From NCBI RefSeq assembly GCF_963921235.1, contig NC_086109.1, forward strand, positions 34,908,001-34,972,000: 64,000 nt of DNA. Direction: 5' to 3'. The notes beneath the pieces were generated by a model. That model was not told the DNA's origin and did no database searches. It saw only the letters and a program-made list of their open reading frames with translations. The translations under genes and the position numbers were made by a program. This DNA is from Mobula hypostoma (Eukaryota). Shown in pieces: positions 49,409-63,022 of this stretch. Each line of letters opens with the position of its first letter. Within the stretch, counting starts at the first letter, position 1.

Positions 49409-50181
49409 TTTTAAGCTCCACCAAAATAGCTGCTTCCACTACAACCCCTGATAGCATATTCCTAGCTGTTACCTCCCCCTATGTACAAGAAACAAAAGAA
49501 CTTGCCCCTCATGTCGCCTTTAAACTTCTCCGTAATCAGCTCATGAAGGATGTTGTTGGTGGGATGATTTGGTAAGGAGTAACCATATAATAAACTGGCT
49601 TTTCTGGTAATAATTACAGGAAAACTATTGGCTTTCCCCATCATTGTTCTTTGAAACTGATAGCTGCTTTGAGATTTAGATTTACTTTCAACCAGTCTCA
49701 CATTATTGTGCCCTGGGAATCTTATCCTTTAGTTCATATCGTCTAAATGAATTTTTAAAGTGTAAACTCTCTGGCCCTATGTATATAAGAAGATATATGC
49801 TTTGTAGTTTCTTGGCATGAATATTCTATTTTATAGCATATTTAAAAAAAAACAAATATATACTTTGGGTCTTTATTTCATATTTTGGTTTCTACCTTAA
49901 TCACACATTTGTCAGTCTTTGTTTAGCACTTTGTACAGTGTTTAAAAGGTTAAGTAAATCTCATATGTTTTGCTTACTGGTGTGATCTCTGTGAATATTT
50001 CTGTGTAATTTGCTGCTCAGCCAGCTAAATGACATCAAAGCTTTTGGATCCCAAAGAGCTGTTATATTTTGTAACTTCAAAATATGAAACTAATTGAAAA
50101 AAACACAGAGCCAGGAATGCATATCTTAGTTTTGTTTTTACTTTAAGCGAGATGTGCACATATGATGTGGTGCTGGTGTGA

Positions 50182-51692
50182 TATAACCATATAGCCATAT
50201 AACAATTACAGCATGGAAGCAGGCCATCTTGGCCCTTCTAGTCCATGCTGAATGCTTACTCTCACCAGATCCCATCTACCTGCACTCAGCCCATAACCCT
50301 CCATTCCTTTCCTGTCCATATACCTATCAATTTTTTTTTAAAATGACAAAATCGAACCTGCCTCTACCACTTCAACTGGAAGCTTGTTCCACACAGCTAC
50401 CACTCTCTGAGTAAAGAAGGTCCCCCTCCTGTTACCCCTAAACTTTTGCCCCTCAACTCTCAACTCATGTCCTCTTGTTTGAATCTCCCCTACTCTCAAT
50501 GCAAAAAGCCTATCCACATCAACTCTATCTATCCCCTTCATAATTTTAAATACCTCTATCAAGTCCCCCCTCAACCTTCTACACTCCAAAGAATAAAGAC
50601 CTAACTTGCTCAACCTTTCTCTGTAACTTAGGTACCGAAACCCAAGTGACATTCTAGTAAATCTCCTCTGTACTCCCTCTATTTTGTTGACATCTTTCCT
50701 ATAATTCGGTGACCAGAACTGTACACAATACTCCAAATTTGGCCTCACCAATGCCTTGTACAATTTTAACATTACATCCCAACTCCTATACTCAATGCTC
50801 CGATTTATAAAGGCCAGCATACCAAAAGCTTTCTTCAACACCCTGTCCACATGAGATTCCACCTTCAGGGAACTATGCACCCTTATTCCTAGATCACTCT
50901 GTTCTACTGCATTCCTCAATGCCCTATTATTTACCATGTATGTCCTATTTTGATTAGTCCTACCAAAATGTATGTAGCACCTCACAATTATCAGCATTAA
51001 ACTCCATCTGCCATCTTTCAGCCCACTCTTCTAACTGGCCTAAATCTCTCTGCAAGCTTTGAAAACCTACTTCATTATCCACAACGCCACTTATCTTAGT
51101 ATCATCTGCATACTTACTAATCCAATTTACCACCCCATCATTCAGATCACTAATGTATATGACAAACAACATTGGACCCAGTACAGATCCCTGAGGCACA
51201 CCACTAGTCACCGGCCTCCAACCTGACAAACAGTTATCCACCACCACTCTCTGGCGTCTCCCATCCAGTCACTGTTGAATCCACTTTACTACTTCAATAT
51301 TAATACCTAACAATTGAACCTTCCAAACTAACCTTCCCTGTGGAACCTTGTCAAAGGCCTTACTGAAGTCCATATAGACAACCTCCATCGCTTTACCCTC
51401 GTCAATTTTCCTAGTAACCTCTTCAAAAAATTCAATAAGATTTGTCAAACATGACATTCCACGCAGAAATCCATGTTGACTGTTCCTAATCAGATCCTGT
51501 CTATCCAGATAATTATATATACCATCTCTAAGAATACTTCCCATTAATTTACCTGCCACTGACGTCAAACTTACAGGCTGATAATTGCTAGGTTTACTCT
51601 TAGAACCCTTTTTAAACAATGGAACCACATGATCAGTATGCCAATCCTCCGGCACCATCCCCATTTCTAATGACATTTGAAATATTTGTGTC
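50182..51692 (-). mobile_element. CR1 LINE, 5' truncated, inside Gypsy LTR
   Basis: DFSKAFDKVP, GVPQGSVLGP, YADD, RPNLEYCVQFW; (ATAACCAT)n tail. Confidence 0.95.
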
Positions 51693-51708
51693 ATATGCCA
51701 TTAATGTA

Positions 51709-52330
51709 CGAGGGGTGATTGATAAGTTTGTGGCCTAAGGTAGAAGTAGTCAATTTTAGAAAACTAGCAGGTTTATTTTCCCTACATTTACACACTTAGT
51801 CTAGCAGTCATAGGGCATACGGATCCCTTCTTTGCAAAAGTCGGAATCTTGGACCTCCAGAAGTGGTCCACAGCAGGGGTGATTGATAAGTTCATGGCCT
51901 AAGGTAGAAGGAGATGAGTTATTAACTTCAAACTTTCTGCATAATCACTCAAATAGTTGAACTGCACATGCATATAGCGAGAGCTGTATAACTCATCTCC
52001 TTCTACCATAGGTCAGAAACTTATCAATCACCCCTGCTGTAGACCACCAGGAGGTCCAGGACGCTCTCGTTACATGCACGTGCAGTTCAACTCTTCGAGT
52101 GATAATGCAGAAAGTTCGAAGTTAATAACTCATCTCCTTCTACTTTAGGCCACAAACTTATCAATCACCCCTGCTGTGGATCACTTCTACAAAGAAGGGA
52201 TCTGTATACTCCACGACCGCTGGACTAAGTGTGTACATGTAGGAGGGGACTATGTTGAAAAATAGATGTGTTAACTTTTCTAAAATTGACTCTTTCTACC
52301 TTAGGCCACAAACTTATCAATCACCTCTCG
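51709..52330. mobile_element. Mariner-derived palindromic MITE
   Basis: TIR CGAGGGGTGATTGATAAGTTTGTGGCCTAAGGTAGAA, TA/CA flanks, transposase C-terminus FYKEGICILHDRWTKCVHVGGDYVEK* at 52185-52265. Confidence 0.9.
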
Positions 52331-54018
52331 CACTTTTACATGTAACTGTAATTAATTATTTAAACAACAAAGAATGCTTAATCAAACAGTATATTTACAA
52401 TATTACTCAAATAATACTGAAATATTAAACATATAACATTCCTTGACAGCTCTCGACTCCTTTCTTCTGGATGTGTTGGCATCACAAACAATGCATGGCA
52501 AGCTTCATTGGACCATATAGATCATAATGTATGAGTACTGTGTCTAACATCACTATTTCCTTTACTTGTTTGAAACCACCTCGCGCTGCTTCGTCTATTG
52601 CCATTTCCTCCCAATCTGTAGTAATGATTTCAAAGAGAAGAGCACAATAGTGAGGTTAGTCAGGAACCTGTTGACAAATCCTAAAAAGGACCACAACTGT
52701 GACATATATTTTCACCTTGCTGTATCCACCACCGCTTGAATTTTCTCAGCATACTGAAGGAAACCATGCTGACTTTGTCCTGTGTCACCAAGTACTCCAT
52801 CACATCATCCTTAACGATTGACTCTCACTCTTGCGTGTCAATAGTGTGACCACAGTAAGTGATATTTGGTTTAAAGAATTCACACTTATTGTATCATGTT
52901 CTGAGCCCATAATCTTCTAATCTTTTCAACAGTTTAGAGATTTTGGAAGTAATCCATGTCATCCTTACTGGTACAAAGTTGTCACTGAGTGGCTGGGCAG
53001 ATTGCAGGACCTAGTCCATAGCTTTCTGCCTGAGTACAGGTGCAGATGCTACTTTAAAAATAAACCTATTATAGTTAAGCCCTTTGTGAGTGCTATGGTG
53101 AGAAACATATTGGACACCTCTTTCATCTCCATTTGTAGGTAGGGCTCAGCTAAGTCCGCTTTGCTGGTGTTTTCCTCCAGAAAGGCTTGCAAAGGTATTG
53201 TCTATCTTGGGCAGAGGGTATTAATCTACTTTCAACACTGCGTTGATGGTGACCTTAAGATCACCACAGATCATGACAGACCCATTGTCGTAGCCACTAG
53301 GACCACTGGCATTACCCATGGGCTCCACACAACCTTGGGAAGAACGCCTTCAGCCTCCATGTGATTCAGCTCAGTGGCTGTTTTGTCGTGGATGGTATAA
53401 AGTAATGTACGAGCTTTGCAAAACTTAGGGGTGGGGGCATTTTCATTTAGCATTATTATGCCCTTGATATATTTGAGTTTTCCAACATCATCCTTGAGCA
53501 CTTTTGTGGCATACAAATAGAATTACCTCTGTTAATTCACTTTCAGTTGGCTCTATTGCAGGGTCTATGGCATACATATAGAGGATGAATCTCCAATCGA
53601 CTTGTAGTTGTCTCAGTCACTCAGGACTTCACAATGTTGGAGCTTTCATTTTAACCATATTCAGGCCTAATGTGTCTTGTTGGTTGCTGTATTTCACTGT
53701 TGCAAATGTCAGTCCCACAGGATTTATTTCTTCTTCGGTATAAGTTTTTAGTTGGAAATCTGCAGGCTTCATTTCAGTATCTTTGAAATACCGTTCAAAC
53801 ACATTTTGTGGAGTGACTGAAATAGCTGAGCCAGTGTCCAATTCTATTTTAATTAATTTGCAGCTCACTTATGGTGTAAGCTATATTGCTTGATTCCTGT
53901 TAGTTTTTTCTTTTAAATCTCAAGGCTGCTCAGTCCTGTGTCACATCATTATCAGATTTTTCATCAACAGCATGCAGATTAGTGTTCTTTTTGAAACTGT
54001 AACTTGAATTTTTATCCT

Positions 54019-54932
54019 TGTCATACGGTGGGCATTGATGGCGGACCCAAATGCAAGACACACACTGAAGTACTAGGAACAGGACAAGGTTTATCAAGAA
54101 AGCAAGGGGAGTCAGGAAGAAATGACGCTGGACATCGACACAGGCCGTGGACGAGACAAGGACACCGGGCCTGGGCTAGGACTAAGACTAGGAAAGTGGG
54201 ACCAGGACAAGGAACTTGGAACTAGGAGCCAGAGACTGGACAGGGATCCGGAACCTTCGGGACTTGACTCTGGCTCGGACCCTGGATCTAGATGAGAACA
54301 AGACTTGGCTACAGGACTGGACATGGAACTTCTGCACAGGACGAGGCACATGGAGAGGACAAGAACACAAAGCATTGACTTGGTCAGGACGAGGTTATTG
54401 GACGTGGCATGGACTAGACGAGGTTCTTGGACATGGCTTGGACTAGACGAGGTACTTGGACATGGCTTGGACTAGATGAGGTTCTTGGACTGGACGAGAG
54501 ACTCCTGGACAGGACAAGGGAACTCCAGCACTGGGCTGGGCGAGGTACTCCAGGGCTAGGCTTGGCTATTGGACTCAGCTTGGTTAGGCTCCTGGGTACT
54601 GAGCCGGGACTCCTTCTTGGAGCTCAGGGCGGGAACCCTCCTAGGACGCAGGGCCGGGACCTTTTCTCGGACGCAGGGCCGAGAAGACTGAAGAGAATAC
54701 TTGCCGAGTTGACTGCTGAGGTAACTGTCAGGGATTCAGATGGGGAGGGGAAGGGAATAGTCCAGCAGGGAACCCTTGGTTTGCAGAGGTATTTATGTGC
54801 CAGCCCAAAACAAGAATCAGGTGCCTCAATTAAGGCACCCAATAGAACAAGGGAAAACAGGAAAACCTGGAATAAGGATCGATAAACTGGACTGTGAACC
54901 GGAATGCGGATTTCATGGACTGGACCATGACA
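54019..54932 (-). mobile_element. Solo LTR related to the 7107-9535 element
   Basis: TGTCAT...ATGACA. Shares both terminal regions (ggacccaaatgcaagacac, ggactgtgaaccggaat) and has internal tandem repeats. TSD is imperfect (ATCCT / GCCCT). Confidence 0.85.
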
Positions 54933-56449
54933 GCCCTTTCTTTTCCCTGTGAAGTTCATTTACTTTTGTCTGCCTGGCATACTCTTTGTATCTGTTCTAA
55001 TTAGTTGTATTTTCTACAGGTTTTGCCTTTAAATCTACCGTGTTCTGGTGTATCTGAACACCTGCCACAATGGTAGCACAATTTGTACAGTGAGGCCAGA
55101 TTCTGTTCAAACATTGCATTTTTGTTCATGCTCACTTTCATTTCTAAGTGCTACTCAATTGCACCTCTGGCTGCTGTTTCCATTGATACAGCAATTTCAA
55201 TTGCTCTTTTAAATGTGAGTTGTGCTTCAGTTAGGACCCATTTATGAATGCTTTTTCTAATGATTCCACAATCTAAACAATCTTTCAATGTATCATTAAG
55301 CCCATCACTGAAGTGAAGCTACACTTTTTTATACACAAAAGTCTCGCTGCGCTTCAACAGCTGGGTAGTTGTCATGAGTTTATTTCAAAACTAACTCATC
55401 GCCACTGTTACGTTCTGTAAGACAAGAATATTAAGCTAATTGAGAGGAAACATGGAGTCTCATTTTTACTCTATGCGATACGTTCATGTATGACGTGGTG
55501 GTGTGATGATTTATGACTCACATACTTTTACATATAAGCATAATGAATTATTTAAATAACAAAGAATGCTTAATCAAACTATACATACCTGTATATATAC
55601 ATATGCAATATTACTCAAATATCACTGAAATATTAAACACAATAGGCACCCTTTTGGTTAACAGTCATTGTGATATAAAACATAGAAAAGCACTGGAGAA
55701 GAACTGAGCCCTTTGAGACCAATTTTGTGCTGAAATAGTCCCTCTGCTTATATAACATCCATATCCCACTATTCCCTTTATATTCATGTGCATACGTGAC
55801 AACCTTTTAATGCCTCTATCTATTTGCCTCCACCATCACCCATGACAGTTCAATCCAGACAGCCATGATGCAGTATGTAAAAAAAAAATCTTACCTTGCA
55901 CATCTCTAATGATTTTAACCTCTTCACCTTAATTGCATGCCCTCTTGCATTAGGCACCTCTACCTTGGGAGAATAATACTGGCTGTCTACTCTATCTGTG
56001 CCTCTTATAACCTTATAAACATCTTTCAGGTCTCTCTTCAGCCTCTGTTGCTCCAGAGAAAACAACCAAATTTATACAACCTCTCCTTATTACACCTACC
56101 CTCTTATCCAGGCAGTAACCTGGTAGACCTCTTCTGCATCCTCTCCAAAGCCTTCACATCCATTCTATAATGGGGTGACAAAAATTGCATGCAGTACTCG
56201 AAATGTGATAGAAGGAACTGTACTACCCCTTTATATTTGAATTCCTTATGTGAAGTGCCATACACTTGTCTGGGTTAAACTCTATCTGCCATTTCTCCAC
56301 CTCTAACTGCAATAAATCTATACCCTGTTGCATTCTTTGGACATCTTCCTTACTATACTTACAGCACTACCAATCTTTGTATCATCTTACACACTTCCTA
56401 ATTTACCCATCCATATTTTCATCCGAGTCATTTATATTCATCACAAAAC

Positions 56450-57741
56450 TAGCAAGACGAGAGAAAATCTGCAGATGCTGGAAATCCAAGCAACACACAT
56501 GCAAAGGTACAGCTGATGTTTTGGGCCGAAACCTCTTGGTAAGGCTGGAAGAGAAAGCTGAGGAGTAGATTTAAAAGGTGGGGGGAGTGGACAGACAACC
56601 ACCAGATGATAGGTGAAACTGGAGGGGGAGTGATGAAGTAAAGAGCTGGGAAGTTGATTGGATTTCGGGCTGTGAGAGTCGTACAAGTAGTAGGTTGGGA
56701 TGAAGTGTAGTCTAGGTAGCCGTGAGAGAATGAGGATGAGGCTTTTCATTCTAGAACAAAGGCGATATCCTTCTTTTTCAAAGATTGGGGCTTCCCTTTC
56801 TGCACCATCAATGCTGCCCTGAACCTCATCTCTTCCATTTCATGCATGTCTCTTGCCGCTCTTACTGCTTTTAAATTTCTGCTCTTACTGCTCCTCAAAC
56901 CTTACTAGGAATAGGGTTCCCCTTCTCCTCAACCTACCACCTCACCAGCCTTCGCATCCAGCACATAATTCTCTGAAATTTCCACCACCTCCAATGGGGT
57001 CCCACTACCAAGCACATCTTCCCTCCCCCCCCACACACTTTCTGCTTTCCGCAGGGATCACTCCCTACGCAACTCCCTTTTCCATTCGTCCCTCCCCACT
57101 GATCTCCCTCCTGGCACTCATCCTTGCAGTGGAACAAGTGCTACACCTACCCCTACAACTCCTCCCTCACGACCATCCAGGGTACTAAACAGTCCTTCCA
57201 GGTGAGGCAACACTTCTCCTGTGAACCTGTTGGGGTCACTTTCTGTGTTTGATGCTCATGGAGTGGCCTCCTGTACATCGGTGAGACCCAATGGAGATTG
57301 GGAGACAGCTTTGCCAAGAATCTATGCTCCGTCTTCCAGAACAAGTGCGATCTCCCAGAGGCCACCCATTTTAAAACCACTTCCAATTCCCAATTCGATA
57401 TGTCCATCCATGGCCTTCTCCACTGTCATGATGAGGCCACATTTAGGTTGGAGGAATAACACCTTATATTCCATTTGGGTAGCCTCCAACCTGATGGGAT
57501 GAGCATCGATTTCTCAAACTTCCGGTATTAACACTCCTCCTTCCTTTTCCCTTTCCCATCCACTTTTCCCTCTCTCAACTCATCTCACCAATCAACTTCC
57601 CAGCTCTTTACTTCATTCCTCCCCCTCCAGGTTTCCCCTATCACCTAGTGATTTTCTCTCCACTCACCCACCTTTTAAATCTACTCCTCAACTTTTCTTC
57701 TCCAGTCCTGCCGAAGGGTTTTGGCCCGAAATGTCAACTGT
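56450..57741 (+). mobile_element. Penelope-like element, 3' half with inverted terminal copy
   Basis: GIY-YIG motif GLLYIGETQWRLGD from 57265. Inverted arms ~56506-56661 and ~57587-57743. 7-bp flanking repeat ACAAAAC (56443-56449 and 57742-57748). Confidence 0.9.
57704..57739 (+). ncRNA. Hammerhead-like motif with variant core CUGCCGA
   Basis: AGTC-CTGCCGA-AGGGTTTTGGCCC-GAAA-TG-TC-AACT at the PLE terminus. Confidence 0.55.
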
Positions 57742-57819
57742 ACAAAACAACAGAGGTCCTAATGCAGATTCTTACAGACACTTATCACAAGTTAATCTGG
57801 ATTGAAGTTGTTCCATCAG

Positions 57820-59052
57820 TCAAATGAAGATTGGATTCAGGTAGGGCAGGTCCTGTTTGATAAACTTGCTGGAGTTATTTGAGGGTAAAATGAGCATAAT
57901 GGATAGAGAGTAACAGGTGAATGCTTTATCCTTGGATTTCCAGAGGGCTTTCAACAAAGTGCTGCGATAATGATTTATCCATAAGAAAAATAGTTGAAGA
58001 TAATGAAGTAGCATGGTTAGGGATTGGTTAACCAATAGAAGGCAGAGAGTTAAGATAAATGTGTGTTTCTCTGCTTGGCGATCTGTAATGAGCAGAATGC
58101 CACAGGGTTCAGAGCTATGTTTGCAGCTGTTCATGATGCACTGTAACAGTAGGAAGAGAAGACAGAGTGTAGTGTATCTAAGTTTGCTGATGACAGTCAA
58201 TTGAGTAGAAAAGCAAATGTGCAGACGATGTGGAGAGACTGCATGGATATTGATAGGTAAATTGAGAGGGCAAGTATCTGACAGATGGAGTACAATATTG
58301 GTACTGCGAGGTCATCCATTCTGTTCCGAAAAATCGAAGATAAAATTATTATTTGGATGGTGAATAATTGCAGCATGCTGCTGTGCAGAGGTTCTTTCTT
58401 GCGCTTGAATCGCAAAAGGTTGGCCTGAAAGTGCAACAGATTATCAAGAAAGCAAATAGAAGGTTAGCCTTCATTGCTAAAGGGATTGTATTTAAGAGCA
58501 GGGAGGTTATGCTGCAAAGTACCGGTGAGGCCACACTTGGAGAATTGCATGGAGTTCCTGTCTCTTTACTTGAGAAAAGATATACTTGCTTTAGAACTAA
58601 TGCAGAGGAGGTTCACTGGGTTGATTATGGAGAGGAGGAGGTTAGCCTATGAGGAAAGATTGAGTCACCTGGAAATGTATTCACCAGACTCAGAAGAATG
58701 AGAGGGGATCTTAAAGAAACATGTAAAATCATGAAAGGGATAGATAAGATAAAGACAGGGAAGTTGTTTCCGTTGGGAGGTGAGATTGGAACTCAAGGAG
58801 CTAGCCTGAAGGTTTGGGGGAATAGATTTAGGATGGCGATGAGGAGGAGAGGAGCTGCTTTTCTCAGAGAGTAGTGAATTTGTGAGATTGACTGAGTGAG
58901 ATAATTTTTTTGCACAGAAGGGAAATTAAGGGTTATGAGGAAATGGCAGGCAGGTCAAGCTGAGACCACAGCAGATCTGCCATGATATTCATGAATGGCA
59001 TAGCAGGTTTGACAGGCCTGTTGACCTGCTACTGCTCCAATTCTTATGTTTT
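57820..59052 (+). mobile_element. Decayed CR1 RT and 3' end
   Basis: LDFQRAFNKV, WLTNRRQRV, MPQGS, KFADD, RPHLE; CR1 tail at ~58975-59050. Confidence 0.88.
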
Positions 59053-59166
59053 AATGTACAAGTTTTAACGTGTTATGCTTTAATGTACCATTAATCATGG
59101 AGCCCTAGCAACAATATAGAGAACAGTGATACAGAGATGTACAGCATGGACGTAGGCCCTTTGGCT

Positions 59167-62100
59167 ATAAGGGCATAAGATATAAGAGCAGAATTAGGCC
59201 ATTTGGCCCTTCGAGTCTGCTCTGCCATTTCATCATGACTGATCCACTTTCCCTCTCAGCTCCAATCTCCTGCCTTCTCCCTGTATAGCTCAATGTCCTG
59301 ACTAATCAAGAATCTATCAACTACTGCTTTAAATATACCCAATGACTTGGCCTGCATAGCCGCTCATGGCAATGAATTCCACAGATTCTGGCTAAAGAAA
59401 TTCCTCCTCATCTCCATTCTAAATAGTCATCCCTCTATTCTGAGGCTTTATCCTCTGGTCATGGACTCCCCCACCAAAAGAAGCATACTCTCCAAATCTA
59501 CTCTGTTGAGGCCTTTCAACATTCTATAGGCTTCAATGAGATCCCCCTCATTCATTCTTCTGAATTCCAGTGAGTAGAAGCCAAGGACCATCAAATGCTC
59601 CTCATATGATAAATCTTTCAATCCTGTAATGATTTTTGTGAACCTCCTTTGAACCCTCTCTTATGTAAGCACATCCTTTCTCAGATAAGAGACCTTAATT
59701 GCTCACAATGCTCAAATGAAGCCTCACTGGCAGCTTATAAAGCCCTCACATTACACCCTTGCTTTTATATTCTAATTCTCTTGAAATGGATGCCAACATT
59801 GCATTTGCCTTCCTCACCAATCAACCTGCAAATTAACCTTTAAGGAATCCTGCACAAGGACCCCCAAGTCCCTTTGCACCTCTGATTTCAGAATTCTCTT
59901 TCCGTTTAGAAAATAGTTTACACTTTTATTTCTTCTACCAAAGTGCATGACTATACATTTCCTGACACTGTGTTCCATCTGTCAATTCTTTGTCCATTCT
60001 CCTACTTTGCTTAAGTCCTTCTGTAGCCTCTCTGCTTCTTCAGCACCACCTGCCCTCCACCTACCTTTGTATCATCTGCAAACCTGGCCACAAAGCTGAC
60101 AATTTTGTCATCCAACTCATTGACGTATAACATAAAGAGAAGCGGACCCATTACAGACCCCTGTGGAACACCACTAGTTACTGACAGACAAACAAAAGGC
60201 TCTCTATGTTCCCACTTTATGTCTCCTGCCAATCAGCAAATGCTCTTTCCTGTCATATCCTGGATCCTTAACTTGTTGAGCAGCCTCATGTGTGGTACCT
60301 CATCAAAGACCTTCTGAAAACCCAAATACATCTTTGCCTATCCTGCTTGTTATTTCTTCAAAGAATTCCATCAGGTTTGTCAGGCAAGATTTCCCCTTAA
60401 ATTGACTATGGAGTATTTTATCATCTGCCTCCAGGTACCCCAGAACAGCATTCTGTACAATTGACTCCAGCGTCTGCCCAACCGCTGAGGTTGGACTAAC
60501 TAGCCAGTAATTTCCTTTCTTCTGGCTTTTTCCTTTCTTTAAGAATGGAGCGACATTTGCAATCTTCCAGTCCTCTGGAATCATTCCAGCATCTATTGAT
60601 TCTTGAAAGATCTTGAAAGATTCTTTAGTGCTGCCACAGTCTCTTTAACCACCTCCTTAAGAATGCTGGGGTGCAGACCATATGGTCCAGGTCTATCTCC
60701 AGACTTCTCAATTTCTCAAGCACATTCTCCTTACTAATAGCACCTTCACTTACTTCTGGCCCCTGACACTCTTGAACCTCTGGCATACTGCTAGAGTCTT
60801 CCACAATGTGGACTAATGTAAAATACTTATTTTAGTTCATCCTTCATTTCCTTGTTCCCCATTACTACCTATCCAGCATCATCTTCCAGCAGTCCAATAT
60901 CTACTCTCATCTCTCTTTTACACTTTATATATCTGAAGAAACTTTCAGTGTCCTCTTTAATATTATTGGCTAGCTTACATTTGTATTCCTTTTTTTCCTT
61001 CTTAATGAATTTTAGTTGCCTTCTGTTGGTTTTTTAAAAGCTTCTCCAACTTCCCACTAAATTTTGCTCTATTATATGCCCTCTAATTGGCTTTTATGTT
61101 GGCTTTGACTTCTCTTGTCAGCCACAGTTGTGTCATCTTTCCATTAGACTACTTCTTCCTCTTTGGGATGTATATATCCAGCGTCTTACGAATTGCTCCC
61201 AGAAATTCCAGCCATTGTTACTCTGCTATTATCCCTGCTAGGGTTACTTTCCAATCAATTTTGACCAGCTCCTCTGTCATGTCTCTGTAATTCCTTTTAC
61301 TTCATTGTAATACTGATACATCTGACTTTAGCTTCTCCTTCTCAAACTCCAGGGTAAATTCAATCATATTATAATCGCTGCCTCCTAAGGTTTTCTTTAC
61401 CTTAAGCTCTCTAATCAATTCCATTTCACTACATAACACCCGATCCAGAATATCTGATCCCTTAGTGGACTCTGTCACAAGCTGCTCTAAAAAGCCATGT
61501 TGTTAGCATTCTACTCTTTCCCCCTCTTTGGATCCAGCACAGCTACCTGCGTATTGAAATAGACTATCATAGCATTGCCCTTTTGGAATGTATTTTCTAT
61601 CTCCCATTGTAATTTGAAAACCACATCTTTGCCGCTGTTCAGAGTTCTGTATATAACTCCCGTCAGGGTGTTTTTACTTTTGCAGATTCTTAGCTCCACC
61701 CACAATGACTCTAATTCTTCTGATGCTATATCACTTCATTCTAATGATTTGATTTCATTTTTTTTTACCAACTGAGCCACCCCACCACCCTCTGCCTACT
61801 TGCCTGAATGTTACACTTTCAGCCATGATTCAGTGATGGCGACAATGTCATACATGCCAATCTGTAACTGTGCTACAAGTTCATCTACTTTGTCTTGTAT
61901 ACAGCATGCTTTCAAATATAAAACCTTCAATTCTGTATTCATCATCCTTTTCGATTTTGTCTCTGTTTTGCATTGCAACTCATGCTGTTGACTGCAATTT
62001 TGCCCGATTATCGGCCTGTGGTTGCTAACAGTCTCATTACACATTGCCTCTGTTTGTAAGCCAACTGCCCTATCACTCCAGTTCCCATCCACCTACCAAA

Positions 62101-62400
62101 TAGCTTCAACCCTCTTAAACAGCTCTAGTAAACCTGCTGGAAAGGATATTGGTCCCCCTTGGGTTCAGGTTCAAATGATCTCTTTTGTACAGGTCTCACC
62201 TCCCCCAGAAGAGATCCCAATGATCCTGAAATCTGAATACCTTGCCCCCTACACCAGTTCCTCAGCCTCACACTCATCTGCTACATTATCCTATTCTTCC
62301 CCTCACTGGTTCATAGCATGGGATGCAATCCAGAGATCACTATCCTCGAGGTCCTGCTTTTCTGCTTTCTACCTAGCTCCTTAAAATGTCTCTTCAGACC
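59167..62400 (-). mobile_element. Decayed CR1 (ORF1 esterase end, ORF2, tail), same subfamily as 9557-12184
   Basis: TELKVLYLK...DKVDELVAQLQIG, GVPQGSVMGP, FADD; (ATAAGAT)-like tail. Confidence 0.92.
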
Positions 62401-63022
62401 TTCAGCCACCAGTACTCTGAACTGATTCTATGACATACAGAATTACTTTCAAGGGTTCTTTACGGTTTTTTTTTTGGTTTTTAGTTTGTCTCCTTTTGCA
62501 CATTGGTTGTTTGTTAGGCTTAGTCTTTTAATGTACTGATTTTCATAAATTCTATTTTATTGTTCCTGTACATGTCTGCAAGAAAGTGAAATGTACTAGT
62601 GACAATAATAAACCAACACCAAACTGTGTCCTTAATTTCAACTCAGTGGTTGTGCTACTGTGTCCGTCTAGATGGTTACTCCTATAGACATCACACCATG
62701 TGTACCAAGTTTCCCCTAAGTGAGGATCCATATAAAGAAGGCATCCTCGGATTGTTAGAGCACACAAATACTGTTTCAGACTGGCGTTGCAATGGGGCAA
62801 AAATAATCATTTCAATCATGGGCCCTGGAGAAGGACCACATGAGCAAAACTTCCCTTTACTCAAATGGTCCAAGTCTTGAACATGTTTAAACAGGCTCTG
62901 CATATTTTTCCTGAGGAACAGGGTGGGAGAATGGATTAAAGAAAAGTTTGAGATAGCCAGTGACAACTGGCCATTTGAGGCTGGTGCTGTGATAGGCCAA
63001 GTAGAGGAGAAAGGAAAGCATG

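Larger units (their letters stand above)
50060..55644 (-). mobile_element. Old Gypsy LTR element with three nested insertions
   Basis: LTRs at 55406-55644 and 50060-52438 (interrupted). PBS TGGCGATGAG at 55395-55404 (Ser-GCT-like). Protease LDTGSAIS at ~53840 and RT remnants at ~52800-53500. Confidence 0.8.
55678..57785 (-). mobile_element. CR1 3' fragment, interrupted by a PLE
   Basis: FSLEQQRLKRDL.DVYKVIRG. CR1 sequence rejoins across the junction as atcacaaaac/aacagaggtcc. Confidence 0.75.
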
